Below, piece by piece: positions 22,347-37,102 of a stretch of DNA of 64,000 bases. The stretch is from NCBI RefSeq assembly GCF_009914755.1, contig NC_060932.1. The stretch is one strand, 5' to 3'. This DNA is from the human T2T-CHM13v2.0 reference genome, Homo sapiens. How positions within the stretch are numbered: position 1 is the stretch's first letter; each line of letters starts with the position of its first letter. The notes under the pieces were generated by a model. That model searched no databases and was not told where the DNA came from. It saw only the letters and a list, made by a program, of their open reading frames with translations. Both the position numbers and the translations under genes were made by a program.

Positions 22347-24374
22347 CTAAGGACAGGCCAGGGCGGCGGGAGAGGCGGACCGGTGGCGTGGCTGGATCTG
22401 GGCGCGCTGTCGGACCTTCCACATCACCAGCTGCAGGCAGGCGTTTGCGTCCTCGCTGGAGTTGTGGCCGTCCTGGCTGTCCTGGATGATCTGTGCCAGG
22501 TAGTCGGCCGCGAGATTCCTGAGGGAGCGCTTGTAGGGGAAACCCAGGTAGTGCGGGAAGAGCACGGCCGTGTCCACCACGGTGCTGTGGATGAGCTTCA
22601 GGGCCAGCAGGTCGCTCTCCAGGCTGTGCCCGATGAGGATGGTTTGGGCGCTGAAAAAGCTCAGCAGGATGGCTTGGACTTGGGGCAACGTGATGCTCGT
22701 CTTGGCGACGTCGGCCTCGGTGACTCCGGAAAACCTGGTGTTGTAGTCCACGATCTCGTTGTCGGGCTTGACGAAGGTGTCGTACACCACTCGCATGTCG
22801 GCGTCCACCACGGTGACGCGGGTCAGCTCTAGGCCATGCGTGGTGTAGCACATCTCACAGTCCAAGGCGTAGATTCCTGGATAAGCGTCTCTGGACAACT
22901 CTTTCTTGAAGGTCTCCACGAAGCCATCGAGGCTCTCCTTGCGGCCGTCCCGCACGTGCTGCTTTGCCACCTGGCAGCCCACAGAGCCAGGAGCAGCTGC
23001 ACAGCAGGTGTACTGGCTAACCCGGCCTCCAGCCACCTGGCTCGAGCGGACCCGCCCCCAGTGATAATAACACAACTGGTCGCGTACACAGCGGCCCGAG
23101 GAGGACACCAGGTACTCGGTGCCACAACGGCAGCAGACCCTGCAGGAGGAGTCGCCGGGCCCCTTCCCCTGGCCAGTGAAGAGGACGGCGCCTCCGGGCC
23201 GCTCGGGGTGCGGGAAGGGGTAGCCGTTCTCCTTGAGCTGGTCCTGGGTGAGCAGGAACTCCTGGAGGCGGCTGTACAGGGCGGCCCTGCTGAGGCCGGG
23301 CATGGAGCTGGGGGTCAGGCCCTTCAGTCTCTTGAGGGTGTTCAGGACCACGTTCAGGTACCTGTTCTTGTTGGGGCTGCAGTCGTAGGCCACCTTCTCC
23401 TCGTTCAGCGCCTTCTCCTCGGCCTCCTGCTTGGAGGCGCAGAACTTGAGACACTCTTCGGTGAACAGTTGGAGATAGCCTCGGCGGAGGACGGTGGGGA
23501 CTTGGCACCCAGAGCTTCGGAGGATAATGGGTTTCTTCAAACTCAAACTCGGTAAGGATGCACGACGGACGATTCGCTTAGAGCTGGTGGTGGCGGTGGT
23601 CTTGCATGCCATCCCTGACCTGTTGCGCGTCTTCCCTGGCTGTCTGCCGACCTTGGAGCCACGGGAGCGTTGGCTGCTGCTGGCCACCCGGGTTCTCTTG
23701 GCATCTGTGTAACCTGTGACCAAGCAAGGGCTGGAAGAGTGGGCGATCGTCTTCCTCTTCCTGGGGGCTGAGATGCGGACTCCCGAGGGCCTCTCTGTCA
23801 GCCTTGGGGCGGCTGGCAAGCGGCAGGCCGATCCCCTCTGCGCAGGGAAGTAGCACGACTCCGTCACCATCTTGGGCCACGCTGGGGGCACCGCCGGACC
23901 CCTGTTCTGGGGCTCCGCCTGGATGTCCACAAATGCTGAGGCCTGCTTGTGCATCTGGGGCACCCAGAGCCCGAAGCTCTGGGCAGGCTGATGAGAGGGC
24001 AGTGGGAATTCTGGAGCCTCGAGGGCCGCCTCCTCGGCCACCTTCTTAGCTTCTGGGTATCCAGGTGGGAACCAGCAGGGAGCTGTGGCTCGCAACATCT
24101 TGCTGCCTTCGGGAGCACCGGCCGGGCTCTGCTCCGCTCCCAAATGGCGGCTTGCCTCCGGGGCCGCCTCCTTGGCCACCTTCTTAGCTTCTGGGTATCC
24201 AGGGCGGAACCAGCAGGGAGCTGTGGCTCGCAACATCTTGCTGCCTTCGGGAGCACCGGCCTGGCTCTGCTCCCCTCCCAAATGGCGGCTTGCCTCCAGG
24301 GCCGCCTCCTCGGCCACCTTCTTAGCTTCTGGGTATCCAGGGGGGAACCAGCAGGGAGCTGTGGCTCGCAACAT
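22347..24374 (-). CDS. REXO1L1: REXO1-like exonuclease GOR retrogene, copy 2
   Basis: Protein identical to copy 1 in the ORF track; DEDDh motifs intact. Confidence 0.9.
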   Translation of the reverse strand: MLRATAPCWFPPGYPEAKKVAEEAALEASRHLGGEQSQAGAPEGSKMLRATAPCWFRPGYPEAKKVAKEAAPEASRHLGAEQSPAGAPEGSKMLRATAPCWFPPGYPEAKKVAEEAALEAPEFPLPSHQPAQSFGLWVPQMHKQASAFVDIQAEPQNRGPAVPPAWPKMVTESCYFPAQRGSACRLPAAPRLTERPSGVRISAPRKRKTIAHSSSPCLVTGYTDAKRTRVASSSQRSRGSKVGRQPGKTRNRSGMACKTTATTSSKRIVRRASLPSLSLKKPIILRSSGCQVPTVLRRGYLQLFTEECLKFCASKQEAEEKALNEEKVAYDCSPNKNRYLNVVLNTLKRLKGLTPSSMPGLSRAALYSRLQEFLLTQDQLKENGYPFPHPERPGGAVLFTGQGKGPGDSSCRVCCRCGTEYLVSSSGRCVRDQLCYYHWGRVRSSQVAGGRVSQYTCCAAAPGSVGCQVAKQHVRDGRKESLDGFVETFKKELSRDAYPGIYALDCEMCYTTHGLELTRVTVVDADMRVVYDTFVKPDNEIVDYNTRFSGVTEADVAKTSITLPQVQAILLSFFSAQTILIGHSLESDLLALKLIHSTVVDTAVLFPHYLGFPYKRSLRNLAADYLAQIIQDSQDGHNSSEDANACLQLVMWKVRQRAQIQPRHRSASPAALACP

Positions 24375-24432
24375 CTTGCTGCCTTCGGGAGCACCGGCCT
24401 GGCTCTGCTCCTCTCCCAACTGGCGGCTTCAA

Positions 24433-24712
24433 TGAGTGCTGCGGCCGCCACTTGTCGCCTTTATATAGGCACAGGGCAGACTGGGTGGGACTTCTCCTTG
24501 ATAGGTTGGTGCTTCAGTCCAATCACACTGAGCCTCATCTTCCACCAGACTCCAGCTTGGGAATGCCTCGGGGGGTGCGCTAATGGAATCAACTGGAACT
24601 CCCGGTTGCTAAACTTGGAGCTAGGTTGCTTTTCCTGAGTTAAGTAACTGTCCCTGCAGGGCAGTCCTATAATGGCTACTGGAATTGGGCTACCTAGGAT
24701 TAAATTAAGGTT
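24433..24712 (-). promoter_or_regulatory. Putative promoter of copy 2
   Basis: Same TATA, CCAAT and TAATGGAATCA motifs as copy 1. Confidence 0.6.
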
Positions 24713-24912
24713 CAGGGAGGTTGGTCAACTTGCTTGGGCCCACACAGCACCCCTTGGAGCCAGGACTGGGCCAGCAGTCTGCTGCATGCTGGAGGGCGGG
24801 ATCCCTCTGGGGCTGCCTTTCCCTGCTCTGTGCACTCCGCCGCTGCGGGCAAATTGAGGACAGGAAGCGGACCGCACCCACTTCTCTCCCAGGACTTGGG
24901 CAATGTTCAACA

Positions 24913-25797
24913 CAGGTGGTCTTCCAAAGGTTCATAGAAAATGCACATGGTGAAGAAACTATGCATGGATTTCCACTGGTTTGCACTAAAATAAACTTGT
25001 CCTAACTTCTGATAACCTTTCTGAACTAGATCTAGTTTGAGGCACTAAGAAGGATGAGACATCCACTGAAAAGGACTCCCATCAGAGCAACATGAATTCC
25101 ACGAAAATTGCAGCAAGAGGAAACATCAAATTTGTGGTGAAGCTTGGGTGGAAGATTGAAGAAATCATTGACGTTTTAAGAAAAGCTTGTAAGGACACTA
25201 CCCCGAAGAAATGAACTCTTTACGAATGTATAGCTTGTTTCAAGAAGAGTTGAGAAGATGTGGAAGATGAATCCTGCAGTGGCTGTGAAAACCACTGTGC
25301 CCAGATGAGCTGCAGTTACGACGAGAGCTATCAGTGGAAATTTTAAACAGGAGGGATCACGATCCTGACGCATCCCTCTGACAAATTGTAAGCGGAAGTT
25401 GGAACATGGCTTCACCAATATGATCTCGAAGGCAAAGCATCATGAAAACGATGGCTACCAAGAGGTGGCAGTGGTCCAGTCAAAGGAAAAGGAGGCCAGT
25501 CAGGAGCCCACATCATGGCATCAGTGTTTTGGGACACTCAAGGCATTTTGCTTGTTGACTTTCTGAAAGGCCAAACATCTGCTTATTAGGAGAGTGTTCT
25601 GAGAAGCTTAGATAAAGCTTTGGTAGAAACATGCTGGGAAAGTCTCACTAGATCCTTGTTCACCACATCAATGCTCTGCTCATTCCTCTCATCAAACAAG
25701 GGCAATTTTGTCAGTTTCAATGGGCAGTCCTTAGGAATTCACCTTACGGGCTGCTTTCATTCCTTCTAAATTCTTTTTGTTTCCTAATGATAAAAAG
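24913..25797 (+). mobile_element. Hsmar2 relic, unit 3
   Basis: Copy of 531-1415 at offset 24382, with several substitutions. Confidence 0.88.
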
Positions 25798-26282
25798 TCT
25801 CCTTGCCTTGCTTGGAAAGATGAGAGAAAGTCTCCTTGCCTTGTTTGGACAGATGAGAGATGAGATCCTCCTCTTCTCTCCCAGGACAGAATGGTGAGAC
25901 TTGAGTTTCCTTTCTCCTCACTCTTCTCCTCCTTGAGGGAGCTGCTGTGCCGGACAGACCTGCCCCCGTGTCTAGACACTGGTAGACTCGTTTAAGTTCC
26001 TCACAGGCAATCCTCCATGGGGTCAAAGTGGAAGGACTTATTTCTTCAGGGCTCAGTAGTCCACATCCTGGCGCGCACCTTCACCAGCCCAGGGCGGGGT
26101 AGAGGAGGGTGAAAGGGCGTGGCTCAGAGCCCGCTTCTTCCGCTCGGGCGTATCCTGGGAGGAACCCTTGTCCGGTGAGCATGTCTTCGTCTCTACCAAA
26201 TTCCCTAGTGGGACATTTCTGGCAGCCCTACTTGTTCAGCAGCTTACGGGGGTCAGGTGGACCTCTGCTAGTCACCAGCCTG
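25794..26282 (-). pseudogene. Decayed upstream REXO1 retrocopy fragment, unit 3
   Basis: As in unit 1. Confidence 0.75.
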
Positions 26283-28239
26283 AAGCCCTTTCTCCATTTC
26301 AGCTATTTTGGCAGTTGCCTAGGTGACTTTTGAACCTCATTATCCAGAACAGCAAACGGACGAGGGGTGAGAAGAGTGGCCGTCTGGGTTTGCAGCATAG
26401 TGCTGCCTTCTAGGAGTTGTGCAGTCTTCGATTGTGTGAAACTTCACCTGGCTGATTTGTGGCAATGCCTCCACAAAATCGCTAAATTCAGTAGCTTTGG
26501 CCTTCCAAGATTCATTTACACAATGTTGAATGCTTTAAATGAATGAGCATGAAGAGTGCTGGGCTGGAAAGTGATGAGATGGGTGGTAGGGACTCCTCGG
26601 AGTAGAGGAGTAGAGTTTTACTATTATGACTAGGAGGCAAATAAAAAGAAGCTGAACGTGATCCATAATAAAAGAAGCACACACTCACAGAGCTCCATAC
26701 CAACTACATTAAAATGGAAATCATGATATTTGGAAATACAACTTAATTGGAAATCATTAAGTAATCTCATCAACCTTTTTACAGTGGGTGGCAGGGCTAT
26801 GGAGGGAAAACAGCAATGGTTCTGGCACCTACTTAACTTGATTCCATTAAATTCACCCAACAGGCCTCCAGAGAACATATTACTGCTTTGATATTACAAA
26901 GGGAAAAACAGCTATGGCGTCTCTGAAAAGCACAACGTGCTAGGACTGGAATGACTTTAAAACCACACATAAATTTCTGAGAGATTTTTGCCATAAGGTA
27001 CCATCCACCTTACTGTAAACCACATCCTAAAATTGTCTGCAGTGCAAATGGATTATGTGCATCCAACAGGAAACAGCATAGGTTGAGAAGCTGTTACTTA
27101 ATAGCTTCATTGTCACCACGAGTGTAAAGTGTGGGGTCTCATCACTTTTGCACCCACGTTTTGCCTGTTGGTTTCTCCACACTGTCAGGAGCATTTGACC
27201 AACTCACTGTGGCTCAGGGTCCCTTACGCAGCCTGTTGGGGAAACCAGTGGGTATTGAAGACCTGCCTCTGGTGTGCCAGGAGGTTGTGCCTGCCGGCCA
27301 CTCTGACTTGCGATCTTCCGCCTCAGTGTATGGCTTCCTACACCTGGGTAATTAACATAGCCAGCATGATAAGGAGGTCCTTTCATCACTATTGCCACTA
27401 GTCCTTCCGACTCCTGTGCCCTGTTTCTCCTTTATTGGAACCCAAGAACGAGTAAACATAGCATTTTCAAACATCCCGCCCCCTTCCCTGGTAACACCAA
27501 TATTCCACCATCCTAATTCCCTCACAAGCATTGAGTCTCTCCACCCTGAGGTGGTGAAATCCCTGCAGGCATTTATAAGTATACCTGGACAGAAGAAATA
27601 CAAGATACCGTTCTATTAACTCAATATAGTGTTGCTAAGTTCGTACTTTTGCTTGGTTTATTTTATTTTATAAATAGGTATCACTCGCATGGTTCCAAAT
27701 GCGATAGGCACAGAGAGTATATATGATGGAATTACATCCTCCTTCCCTGCACTCAGCAACCGAGATCTTCCCGCTACGGGCACTCAAAGGTTTCATTGTC
27801 TGAAATATCAGCCTAAACGTAGTTTATGTTTAGGAAGCAACAACCGTAAATAGGCCCACATCCAAACGGAGTGGATTTAGGTTTCACTTTTTCAAGGAAA
27901 AACCATCAAAGAATTTTTCCACATACTTATAAACCATCCCACGTATAGAATCCATTTTTACTGACACAAATTTAGTACCAATAAACGACTCTTCTTCTCA
28001 ATTTGTTTTATTTAACAATAAGTCTTGAACGTCATTCCCAGTTAACATTTTGAAGAGTTTCCTCTCTTTCGTTCTGTTTTAGCTGCAAAGTATTCTTCCG
28101 TAAGGATGAACGTACTATAATTTATTAGCCAGCCACTTAGTGATGTACAATTAAGCAGTTTTAAATCTTTGACTCTTGAAAATATTGTTTCTCACACATA
28201 AATATTTCTATAAAATAAATTAGTTGAATTAGAATTGTT

Positions 28240-28452
28240 GGAGTTCAAGACCAGCCTGGCCAACATGGTGAAACCCCATCTCTACTAGAAACACAAAATT
28301 AGCCGGACATGCCGGTACATGCCTCTAATCTCAGGTGAGGCAGGAGAATCACTTCAACCTGGGAGGCAGAGGTTGTAGTGACTCGAAATCACGCCACTGC
28401 ACTCCAGCCTGGGCGACGCGAGCGAAACTCTGTCTCAAAAAACCAAAAAAAA
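28240..28452 (+). mobile_element. 5'-truncated Alu, unit 3
   Basis: Copy of 3858-4070. Confidence 0.92.
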
Positions 28453-28580
28453 TTAAACATAAAAAGAAAAGCGGTACATATACCCAATAGAACACAATTC
28501 AGCCTTAAAAAAGAAAGAAATCATCTCATTGGCAACACGAATGAGCCTAGAGGATGGTACACTGAGTGAAAGAAAGCAAA

Positions 28581-28879
28581 GGCCAGGCACGGTGGCTCAT
28601 GCCTGTAATCCCAGTACTTTGGGAGGCCAAGGCAGGTGGAAGCGTTGAGCCCAGGAGTTGGAGATGAACCTGGGCAACATGGTGAAACCCCATCTCTAAA
28701 AGAAACACAAAAATTAGCCAAGTGTGGCGTTGGAAGCCTGTAGTCCTAGCTATTCAGGAGGCTGAAGCGGGAGGAACTCTCGACCCCGGGAGGTGGAGGC
28801 CGTGGTGAGTGAGCCGTGTTTGTGTCACTGTACTCCAGCCTGGGTGACAGACTGAGACCCTGTCTCAAAAAATAAATAA
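28581..28879 (+). mobile_element. AluJ-like element within L1MA, unit 3
   Basis: Copy of 4199-4496. Confidence 0.92.
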
Positions 28880-30300
28880 TTACATAATAAAGATTTAAAA
28901 AGCAAGCACAAAAAGACAAATACTGCATGATCTCACTTATATGTGCAATCTCAAACAATGCAACTCATAGCTGTAGAGAGCAGAACGGTGGTTACCCGAG
29001 GCAGGGGTCAGGGAGGGACTGGAGAGATGATAGTCTCATGATAAAAAATTTCAGAGAGGAATGGTTCTAGAGATCTATTGAACAGCCTGGCATCTACAGT
29101 GTATAAGTATGTATTGTATACTTGAAAATTGCTATAAGAGTAGATTTTAGACATGTCCTCATCACATTAAAATCAGTATGTGAGGAAACGAGTGTGTTAA
29201 TTAGCTTGATTTTGTCATTCCACAATGTATACACATATGAAACATCATGTTGTATGCCATAAATATATATAATTTTTATTTGTCAAGTTAAAATTAAAAT
29301 TCATATAAATTATAAAAATAAAATGAAACAACATACACTACAAAAGACTTTTATTTATTAAATCCCCACAGAAGGGGTCAGAGTGATAAAGGAAAATAAA
29401 ATTCCGGGAACGGTAAAATCAATCAGAAATGCCCTACTTCAGTGCTTTCCGAAATTTGTCTGACAGAGTGGAAATCCAGTTTTTCACTAAGTCACTGTTC
29501 TGGAACAGTTTGTGTGTGTGTATGTATGTGTGTGAGGGCTCACATACACAAATTGAACTAATGGAAGTGTAAGCATTCAAATTATCAGTTTAATTTAGTT
29601 CTATACATATACACACACACACACTCACACACCGAAAACATTGATAAAATCAGCCATTCCAGCAAAACTAGCTACTTAGTGTCTATCTCTCCTTGAAGAT
29701 TCAAACTAGAAATGAGGATTTAGAGAGGCATGATGGTTCGTTCTCTCTTGGAGCCCAGTTCGAAGTTGACTGACTGATTCAGTCATTGTAATTGGTTGGT
29801 CTTGGGGAAGAATCCACTTTGACTCTTGGGAAGTCAGCTAGGTCAGCGGACAGAGCAGGGGCTCTGGAGCCAGACTGCCTGCACCCGACTTCTAGCTATG
29901 ATACCTTGGAAAAACTACTTATCACCTGGACTTCAGGTTCCTCATCTGTAAAATGGGGATAAGAATGCTATCTCTCTCACAACTGTTAGGAGGACTGACT
30001 GGGTTAATACGTGCAAAGTACCAAGTACATAAGAAACCAACAGCCAGTGCTCATTACAATCATTATTATTTTGGGCAAGTTAAGCCGCATGGTTTCTTTA
30101 GGTATAAAATTAGGCTTTATTTACCTACCTGTTGGGTTGTTCCAAGGATTAATCACATAGTGTTCATGAATTCCCTTTATAAACTATTATAGAAAAGAAA
30201 TATAGTTAACATTAATTGAACACCTACTATGTGCGATCGTTTTAAGGCTTGCCATGTGCTGCTTCATTCAGTCCGCACCATGACATTAGGATCACACTTT

Positions 30301-33300
30301 CGTTTTCCATTTTTTTTTAAATTATACTTTAATTACTAGGGCACATGTGCACAACGTGCAGGTTTATTACGTATGTAAGCACGTGCCATGTTGGTGTGCT
30401 GCACCCATTCACTAGTCATTTACATTAGGTATATCTCTTAATGTTATCCCTCCCCCTCCCCCCGCCCATGACAGGCCCCGGTGTGTGATGTTCCCCTTTC
30501 TGCGTCCAAGTGTTCTCCTAGTTCAATTCCCACCTATGAGTGGGATCACGCGGTGTTTGGTTTTTTTGTCTTTGCGATAGTTTGCTAAGAATGATGGTTT
30601 CCAGCTTCATCCGTGTCCCTCCGAAGGGCATGAACACATGCTTTTTTATGGCTGCATAGTATTCCACGGTGTATTTGTGCCACGTTTCCTTAATCCAGTC
30701 TATCATTGATGGACATCTGGGCTGGTTCCAAGTCTTTGCTACTGTGAACGGTGCCGCAATAAACATGCGTCTGCGTGTGTCCTTTTAGCAGCATGATTTA
30801 TAGTCCTATGGGTGTATACCCAGTAATGGGACGGCTGGGTCAAATGGTATTTCTAATTCTAGATCCTTGAGGATTCGCCACACTGTCTTCCACAACCGCT
30901 GAACTGGTTTACAGTCCCACCAGCAGTGTAAAAGTGTTCCTATTTCTCCACTACCTCTCCAGCACCTGTTGTTTCCTGACTTTTTTATTGATCGCTATTC
31001 TAACTGGTGTGAGACGATATCTCTTTGCGGATTTGATTTGCATTTCTCTGATGACCAGTGTTGATGGGCATTTTTTCATGTGTCTGTTGGCTGCATAAAT
31101 GTCTTCTTTTTAGAAGTGTCTCTTCATATCCTTCCCGCACTTGTTGATGGGGTTGTTTGGTTTTTCTTGTAACTCTGTTTGAGTTCTTAGTAGATTCTGG
31201 ATATTAGCCCTTTGTCAGATGAGTAGATTGCAAAAATTTTCTCCCTTTCTGTAGCATGCCTGTTCACTCTGATGGGAGTTTCTTTAGCTGTGCAGAAACT
31301 CTTTAGTGTAATTAGATGCCGTTTGTCAATATTGGCTTTTGTTGCCTTTGCTTTTGGCGTTTTAGACATGAGGTCCTTGCCCATGCCTGTGTCCTGAATG
31401 GTATTGCCTAGGTTTTCTCCTAGGGTTTGTATGGCTTAAGATGTAACATTTAAGTCTTTCATCCGTCTTGAATAAACTTTTGCATAAGGTGTAAGGAAGG
31501 GATCCAATTTCACCTTCGGACATATGGCTAGCCAGTTTTCCCAGCACCATTTATTAAATAGGGAATCCTTTCCCCATTTCTTGTTTTTGTCAGGTTTGTC
31601 AAAGATCCGACGGTTGTAGATGTGTCGTATTATTTCTGAGGGCTCTATTCTGTTCCATTGGTCTACAGTAACCAAAAAGGCAACCAACAGCATGCTGTTT
31701 GGTTACTGTAGGCTTGTAGTGTAGTTTGAAGTCGGGTAGCTTGATGCCTCCACCTTTGTTCTTTTGGCTTAGGATTATCTTGGCAGTGGGGGCCCTTTTG
31801 TGGTTCCATGTAAACTTTCAAGTAGTTTTTTCCAATTCTGTGAAGAAAGTCCTTGGTAGCTTGATGGGGATGGCATTGGATCTATAATATACCTTGGGCA
31901 GTATGGCCATTTTCACGATACTGATTCTTCCTAACCGTGAGCATGGAATATTCTTCCATTGGTTTGTGTCCTCTTTTATTTCGTGGAGCAGTGGTTTGTA
32001 GTTCTCCTTGAAGAGGTCCTTCGCACATCGCATCCCTTGTTAGTTGGATTCCTCAGTATTTTATTCTCTTTGAAGCAATTGTGAATGGGAGCTCAGTCAT
32101 GATTTGGCTCTCTGTTTGCCTGTTATTGGTGTATGAGAATGCTTGTGTTTTTTGCACATCGATTTTGTATCCTGAGACTTTGCTGAAGTTGCTTATCAGC
32201 TTAAGGAGATTTTGGGCTGAGACGCTGGGGTTTTCTAAATATTCAATCATGTCATCTACAAACAGGGACAATTTGACTTCCTCTTTTCCTAATTGATTAC
32301 TCTTTATTTCTTTCTCCTGCCTGATTGCCCTGGCCAGAAGTTCCAACACCATGTTGAATAGGAGTGGTGAGAGAGGGCACCCCTGTCTTGTGGCAGTTTG
32401 CAAAGGGAATGCTTCCACTTTTTGCCCATTCAGTATAATATTGGCTGTGGGTTTGCCCTAAATAGCCCTTATTATTTTGAGGTATGTCCCATCAGTACCT
32501 AATTTATTGAGAGTTTTTGGCATGAAAGGCTGTTGAATTTTGTCAAAGGCCTTTTCTGCATCTGTTGAGATAATCACGCGGTTTCTGTCTTTGGTTCCGA
32601 TTATATGCTGGATTATGTTTATTGATTTGCATATGTTGGACCAGCCTTGCATGTCAGGGATGAAGCCCACTTGATCATAATGGATAAGCTCTTTGATGTG
32701 CTGCTGGATTCGGTTTGCCAGCATTTTATGGAGGATTTTTCCATCGGTGTTCCTCAGGGATATGGGCCGAAAATTCTCTTTGTTGGTTGTGTCTCTCTCA
32801 GCCTTTGGGATCAGGATGATGCTGGCCTCATAAAATGAGATAGGGAGGATTCCCTCTTTTTCTGTTGATTGGAATAGTTTCCGAAGGAATGGTACCAGCT
32901 CCTCCTTGTACTTCTGGTAGAATTCGGCTGTGAATCCGTCTGGTCCTGGAGTTTTATTGCTTGATAGGCTATTAATTATTGCCTCAATTTCAGAGCCTGT
33001 TATTGGTCTATTCAGGCATTCAACTTCTTCCTGGTTTACTCTGGGGAGGTTGCATGTGTCCAGGAATTTATTCATTTCTTCTAGATTTCCGAGTTTGTTT
33101 GCCTAGAGGTGTTGACAGTATTCTCTCATGGTAGTTTGTACTTCTGTGGGATCAGTGGTGATATCCCCTTTATCATTTTTTATTGCATCTGCTTGATTCT
33201 TCTTCCTTTCATTCTTTAATAGTCTTGCTAGTGGTCTATCAATTTTGTTGATGGTTTCAAAAAACCCGCTCCTGGATTCATTGATTTTTTGAAGGGTTTT

Positions 33301-33972
33301 TTGGGTCTCTATCTCCTTCAGTTCTGCTCGGATCTTAGTTATTTCTTGCCTTCTGCTAGCTTTTGAATGTGTTTGCTCTTGCTTCTCTCATCCTTTTAAT
33401 GGTGATGTTAGGGTATGCATTTTTGATCTTTCCTGCTTTCCCTTGTGGGCATTTAGTGCTATAAATTTCCCTCTACACACTGCTTTAAATGTGTCCCAGA
33501 GATTCTGGTATGTTGTGTCTTTGTTCTCATTGCTTTCAGAGAATATCTTTATTTCTGCCTTCATTTCGTTATGTACCCAGTACTCATTCAGGAACAGCTT
33601 GTCCGGTTTCCATGCAGTTGTGCGGTTTTGAGTGAGTTTCTCAATCCTGAGGTCTAGTGTGATTGCAATGTGGTCTGAGAGACCGTTTGTAATAATTTCT
33701 GTAATTTTACTTTTACTGAGGAGTGCTTTACTTCCAACTATGTGGTCAATGTGGAAATAAGTGTGATGTGGTGCTGAGAAGAATGTATATTCTGTTGATT
33801 TGGGGTGGAGCGTTCTGTACATGTCTCCTAGGTCCGCTTGGTGCAGAGCTGAGCTCAATTCCCGGATATCCTTTTTTAACTTTCTGTCTCGTTGGTGTGT
33901 CTAATGTTGACAGTGGGGTGTTAAGTTTGCCATTATTATTATTATTACTATGTGGGAGTCTAAGTCTCTTTT
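30301..33972 (-). mobile_element. 5'-truncated L1PA, unit 3
   Basis: ORF2 fragments (30518-33858) and the same TSD. Confidence 0.96.
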
Positions 33973-34536
33973 GATCACACTTTAAAGACCAAAAGGTAGA
34001 AGCGCAAAGACGTTATCTGTCCAATATTACAAACCTAGTAAGTGGTGGAATTTGGCCTTGAACCCAGATCTGTAACTCCAGAGCCGAAGTGCTTCACCCA
34101 CCTCCCTGTGGTGCCTCTACAGAAAAAGAGGTAAGCAGGCATTCCGAAAGCTGGTGGGCCGGGGGGCTGGCCTTGTACTCAGAAGCCATGGAAGTCCCAC
34201 GTGGGGTGGCTAGTGGTGTAAGGACAGAGGTCTCGGATGGGCAGAGGGATGTGGACAGGCGCGAGGGCGCGCGGCAGGGACTCGGGGGACTGGGAGTGGC
34301 GGCTCGGGGCTGCGGGAGGCGATTGGTGGAAGGACAGAGGTCTGGGAGGGGCAGAGGGATGTGGACAGGCCCGAGGGGCCGCGGCAGGGATTCCGGGGGA
34401 CCGGGAGTGGGGGGTTGGGGTTACTCTTGGCTTTTTGCCCTCTCCTGCCGCCGGCTGCTCCAGTTTCTTTCGCTTTGCGGCGAGGTGGGCAGGGTGAGCT
34501 CTCGGGACTGATGGCGGTTTTGGAAGAGGCCTGGGG

Positions 34537-36564
34537 CTAAGGACAGGCCAGGGCGGCGGGAGAGGCGGACCGGTGGCGTGGCTGGATCTGGGCGCGCTGT
34601 CGGACCTTCCACATCACCAGCTGCAGGCAGGCGTTTGCGTCCTCGCTGGAGTTGTGGCCGTCCTGGCTGTCCTGGATGATCTGTGCCAGGTAGTCGGCCG
34701 CGAGATTCCTGAGGGAGCGCTTGTAGGGGAAACCCAGGTAGTGCGGGAAGAGCACGGCCGTGTCCACCACGGTGCTGTGGATGAGCTTCAGGGCCAGCAG
34801 GTCGCTCTCCAGGCTGTGCCCGATGAGGATGGTTTGGGCGCTGAAAAAGCTCAGCAGGATGGCTTGGACTTGGGGCAACGTGATGCTCGTCTTGGCGACG
34901 TCGGCCTCGGTGACTCCGGAAAACCTGGTGTTGTAGTCCACGATCTCGTTGTCGGGCTTGACGAAGGTGTCGTACACCACTCGCATGTCGGCGTCCACCA
35001 CGGTGACGCGGGTCAGCTCTAGGCCATGCGTGGTGTAGCACATCTCACAGTCCAAGGCGTAGATTCCTGGATAAGCGTCTCTGGACAACTCTTTCTTGAA
35101 GGTCTCCACGAAGCCATCGAGGCTCTCCTTGCGGCCGTCCCGCACGTGCTGCTTTGCCACCTGGCAGCCCACAGAGCCAGGAGCAGCTGCACAGCAGGTG
35201 TACTGGCTAACCCGGCCTCCAGCCACCTGGCTCGAGCGGACCCGCCCCCAGTGATAATAACACAACTGGTCGCGTACACAGCGGCCCGAGGAGGACACCA
35301 GGTACTCGGTGCCACAACGGCAGCAGACCCTGCAGGAGGAGTCGCCGGGCCCCTTCCCCTGGCCAGTGAAGAGGACGGCGCCTCCGGGCCGCTCGGGGTG
35401 CGGGAAGGGGTAGCCGTTCTCCTTGAGCTGGTCCTGGGTGAGCAGGAACTCCTGGAGGCGGCTGTACAGGGCGGCCCTGCTGAGGCCGGGCATGGAGCTG
35501 GGGGTCAGGCCCTTCAGTCTCTTGAGGGTGTTCAGGACCACGTTCAGGTACCTGTTCTTGTTGGGGCTGCAGTCGTAGGCCACCTTCTCCTCGTTCAGCG
35601 CCTTCTCCTCGGCCTCCTGCTTGGAGGCGCAGAACTTGAGACACTCTTCGGTGAACAGTTGGAGATAGCCTCGGCGGAGGACGGTGGGGACTTGGCACCC
35701 AGAGCTTCGGAGGATAATGGGTTTCTTCAAACTCAAACTCGGTAAGGATGCACGACGGACGATTCGCTTAGAGCTGGTGGTGGCGGTGGTCTTGCATGCC
35801 ATCCCTGACCTGTTGCGCGTCTTCCCTGGCTGTCTGCCGACCTTGGAGCCACGGGAGCGTTGGCTGCTGCTGGCCACCCGGGTTCTCTTGGCATCTGTGT
35901 AACCTGTGACCAAGCAAGGGCTGGAAGAGTGGGCGATCGTCTTCCTCTTCCTGGGGGCTGAGATGCGGACTCCCGAGGGCCTCTCTGTCAGCCTTGGGGC
36001 GGCTGGCAAGCGGCAGGCCGATCCCCTCTGCGCAGGGAAGTAGCACGACTCCGTCACCATCTTGGGCCACGCTGGGGGCACCGCCGGACCCCTGTTCTGG
36101 GGCTCCGCCTGGATGTCCACAAATGCTGAGGCCTGCTTGTGCATCTGGGGCACCCAGAGCCCGAAGCTCTGGGCAGGCTGATGAGAGGGCAGTGGGAATT
36201 CTGGAGCCTCGAGGGCCGCCTCCTCGGCCACCTTCTTAGCTTCTGGGTATCCAGGTGGGAACCAGCAGGGAGCTGTGGCTCGCAACATCTTGCTGCCTTC
36301 GGGAGCACCGGCCGGGCTCTGCTCCGCTCCCAAATGGCGGCTTGCCTCCGGGGCCGCCTCCTTGGCCACCTTCTTAGCTTCTGGGTATCCAGGGCGGAAC
36401 CAGCAGGGAGCTGTGGCTCGCAACATCTTGCTGCCTTCGGGAGCACCGGCCTGGCTCTGCTCCCCTCCCAAATGGCGGCTTGCCTCCAGGGCCGCCTCCT
36501 CGGCCACCTTCTTAGCTTCTGGGTATCCAGGGGGGAACCAGCAGGGAGCTGTGGCTCGCAACAT
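34537..36564 (-). CDS. REXO1L1: REXO1-like exonuclease GOR retrogene, copy 3
   Basis: Protein identical to copy 1; DEDDh motifs intact. Confidence 0.9.
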   Translation of the reverse strand: MLRATAPCWFPPGYPEAKKVAEEAALEASRHLGGEQSQAGAPEGSKMLRATAPCWFRPGYPEAKKVAKEAAPEASRHLGAEQSPAGAPEGSKMLRATAPCWFPPGYPEAKKVAEEAALEAPEFPLPSHQPAQSFGLWVPQMHKQASAFVDIQAEPQNRGPAVPPAWPKMVTESCYFPAQRGSACRLPAAPRLTERPSGVRISAPRKRKTIAHSSSPCLVTGYTDAKRTRVASSSQRSRGSKVGRQPGKTRNRSGMACKTTATTSSKRIVRRASLPSLSLKKPIILRSSGCQVPTVLRRGYLQLFTEECLKFCASKQEAEEKALNEEKVAYDCSPNKNRYLNVVLNTLKRLKGLTPSSMPGLSRAALYSRLQEFLLTQDQLKENGYPFPHPERPGGAVLFTGQGKGPGDSSCRVCCRCGTEYLVSSSGRCVRDQLCYYHWGRVRSSQVAGGRVSQYTCCAAAPGSVGCQVAKQHVRDGRKESLDGFVETFKKELSRDAYPGIYALDCEMCYTTHGLELTRVTVVDADMRVVYDTFVKPDNEIVDYNTRFSGVTEADVAKTSITLPQVQAILLSFFSAQTILIGHSLESDLLALKLIHSTVVDTAVLFPHYLGFPYKRSLRNLAADYLAQIIQDSQDGHNSSEDANACLQLVMWKVRQRAQIQPRHRSASPAALACP

Positions 36565-36622
36565 CTTGCTGCCTTCGGGAGCACCGGCCTGGCTCTGCTC
36601 CTCTCCCAACTGGCGGCTTCAA

Positions 36623-36902
36623 TGAGTGCTGCGGCCGCCACTTGTCGCCTTTATATAGGCACAGGGCAGACTGGGTGGGACTTCTCCTTGATAGGTTGGT
36701 GCTTCAGTCCAATCACACTGAGCCTCATCTTCCACCAGACTCCAGCTTGGGAATGCCTCAGGGGGTGCGCTAATGGAATCAACTGGAACTCCCGGTTGCT
36801 AAACTTGGAGCTAGGTTGCTTTTCCTGAGTTAAGTAACTGTCCCTGCAGGGCAGTCCTATAATGGCTACTGGAATTGGGCTACCTAGGATTAAATTAAGG
36901 TT
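36623..36902 (-). promoter_or_regulatory. Putative promoter of copy 3
   Basis: Same motifs; one G>A change (atgcctcagggg) outside the motifs. Confidence 0.6.
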
Positions 36903-37102
36903 CAGGGAGGTTGGTCAACTTGCTTGGGCCCACACAGCACCCCTTGGAGCCAGGACTGGGCCAGCAGTCTGCTGCATGCTGGAGGGCGGGATCCCTCTGG
37001 GGCTGCCTTTCCCTGCTCTGTGCACTCCGCCGCTGCGGGCAAATTGAGGACAGGAAGCGGACCGCACCCACTTCTCTCCCAGGACTTGGGCAATGTTCAA
37101 CA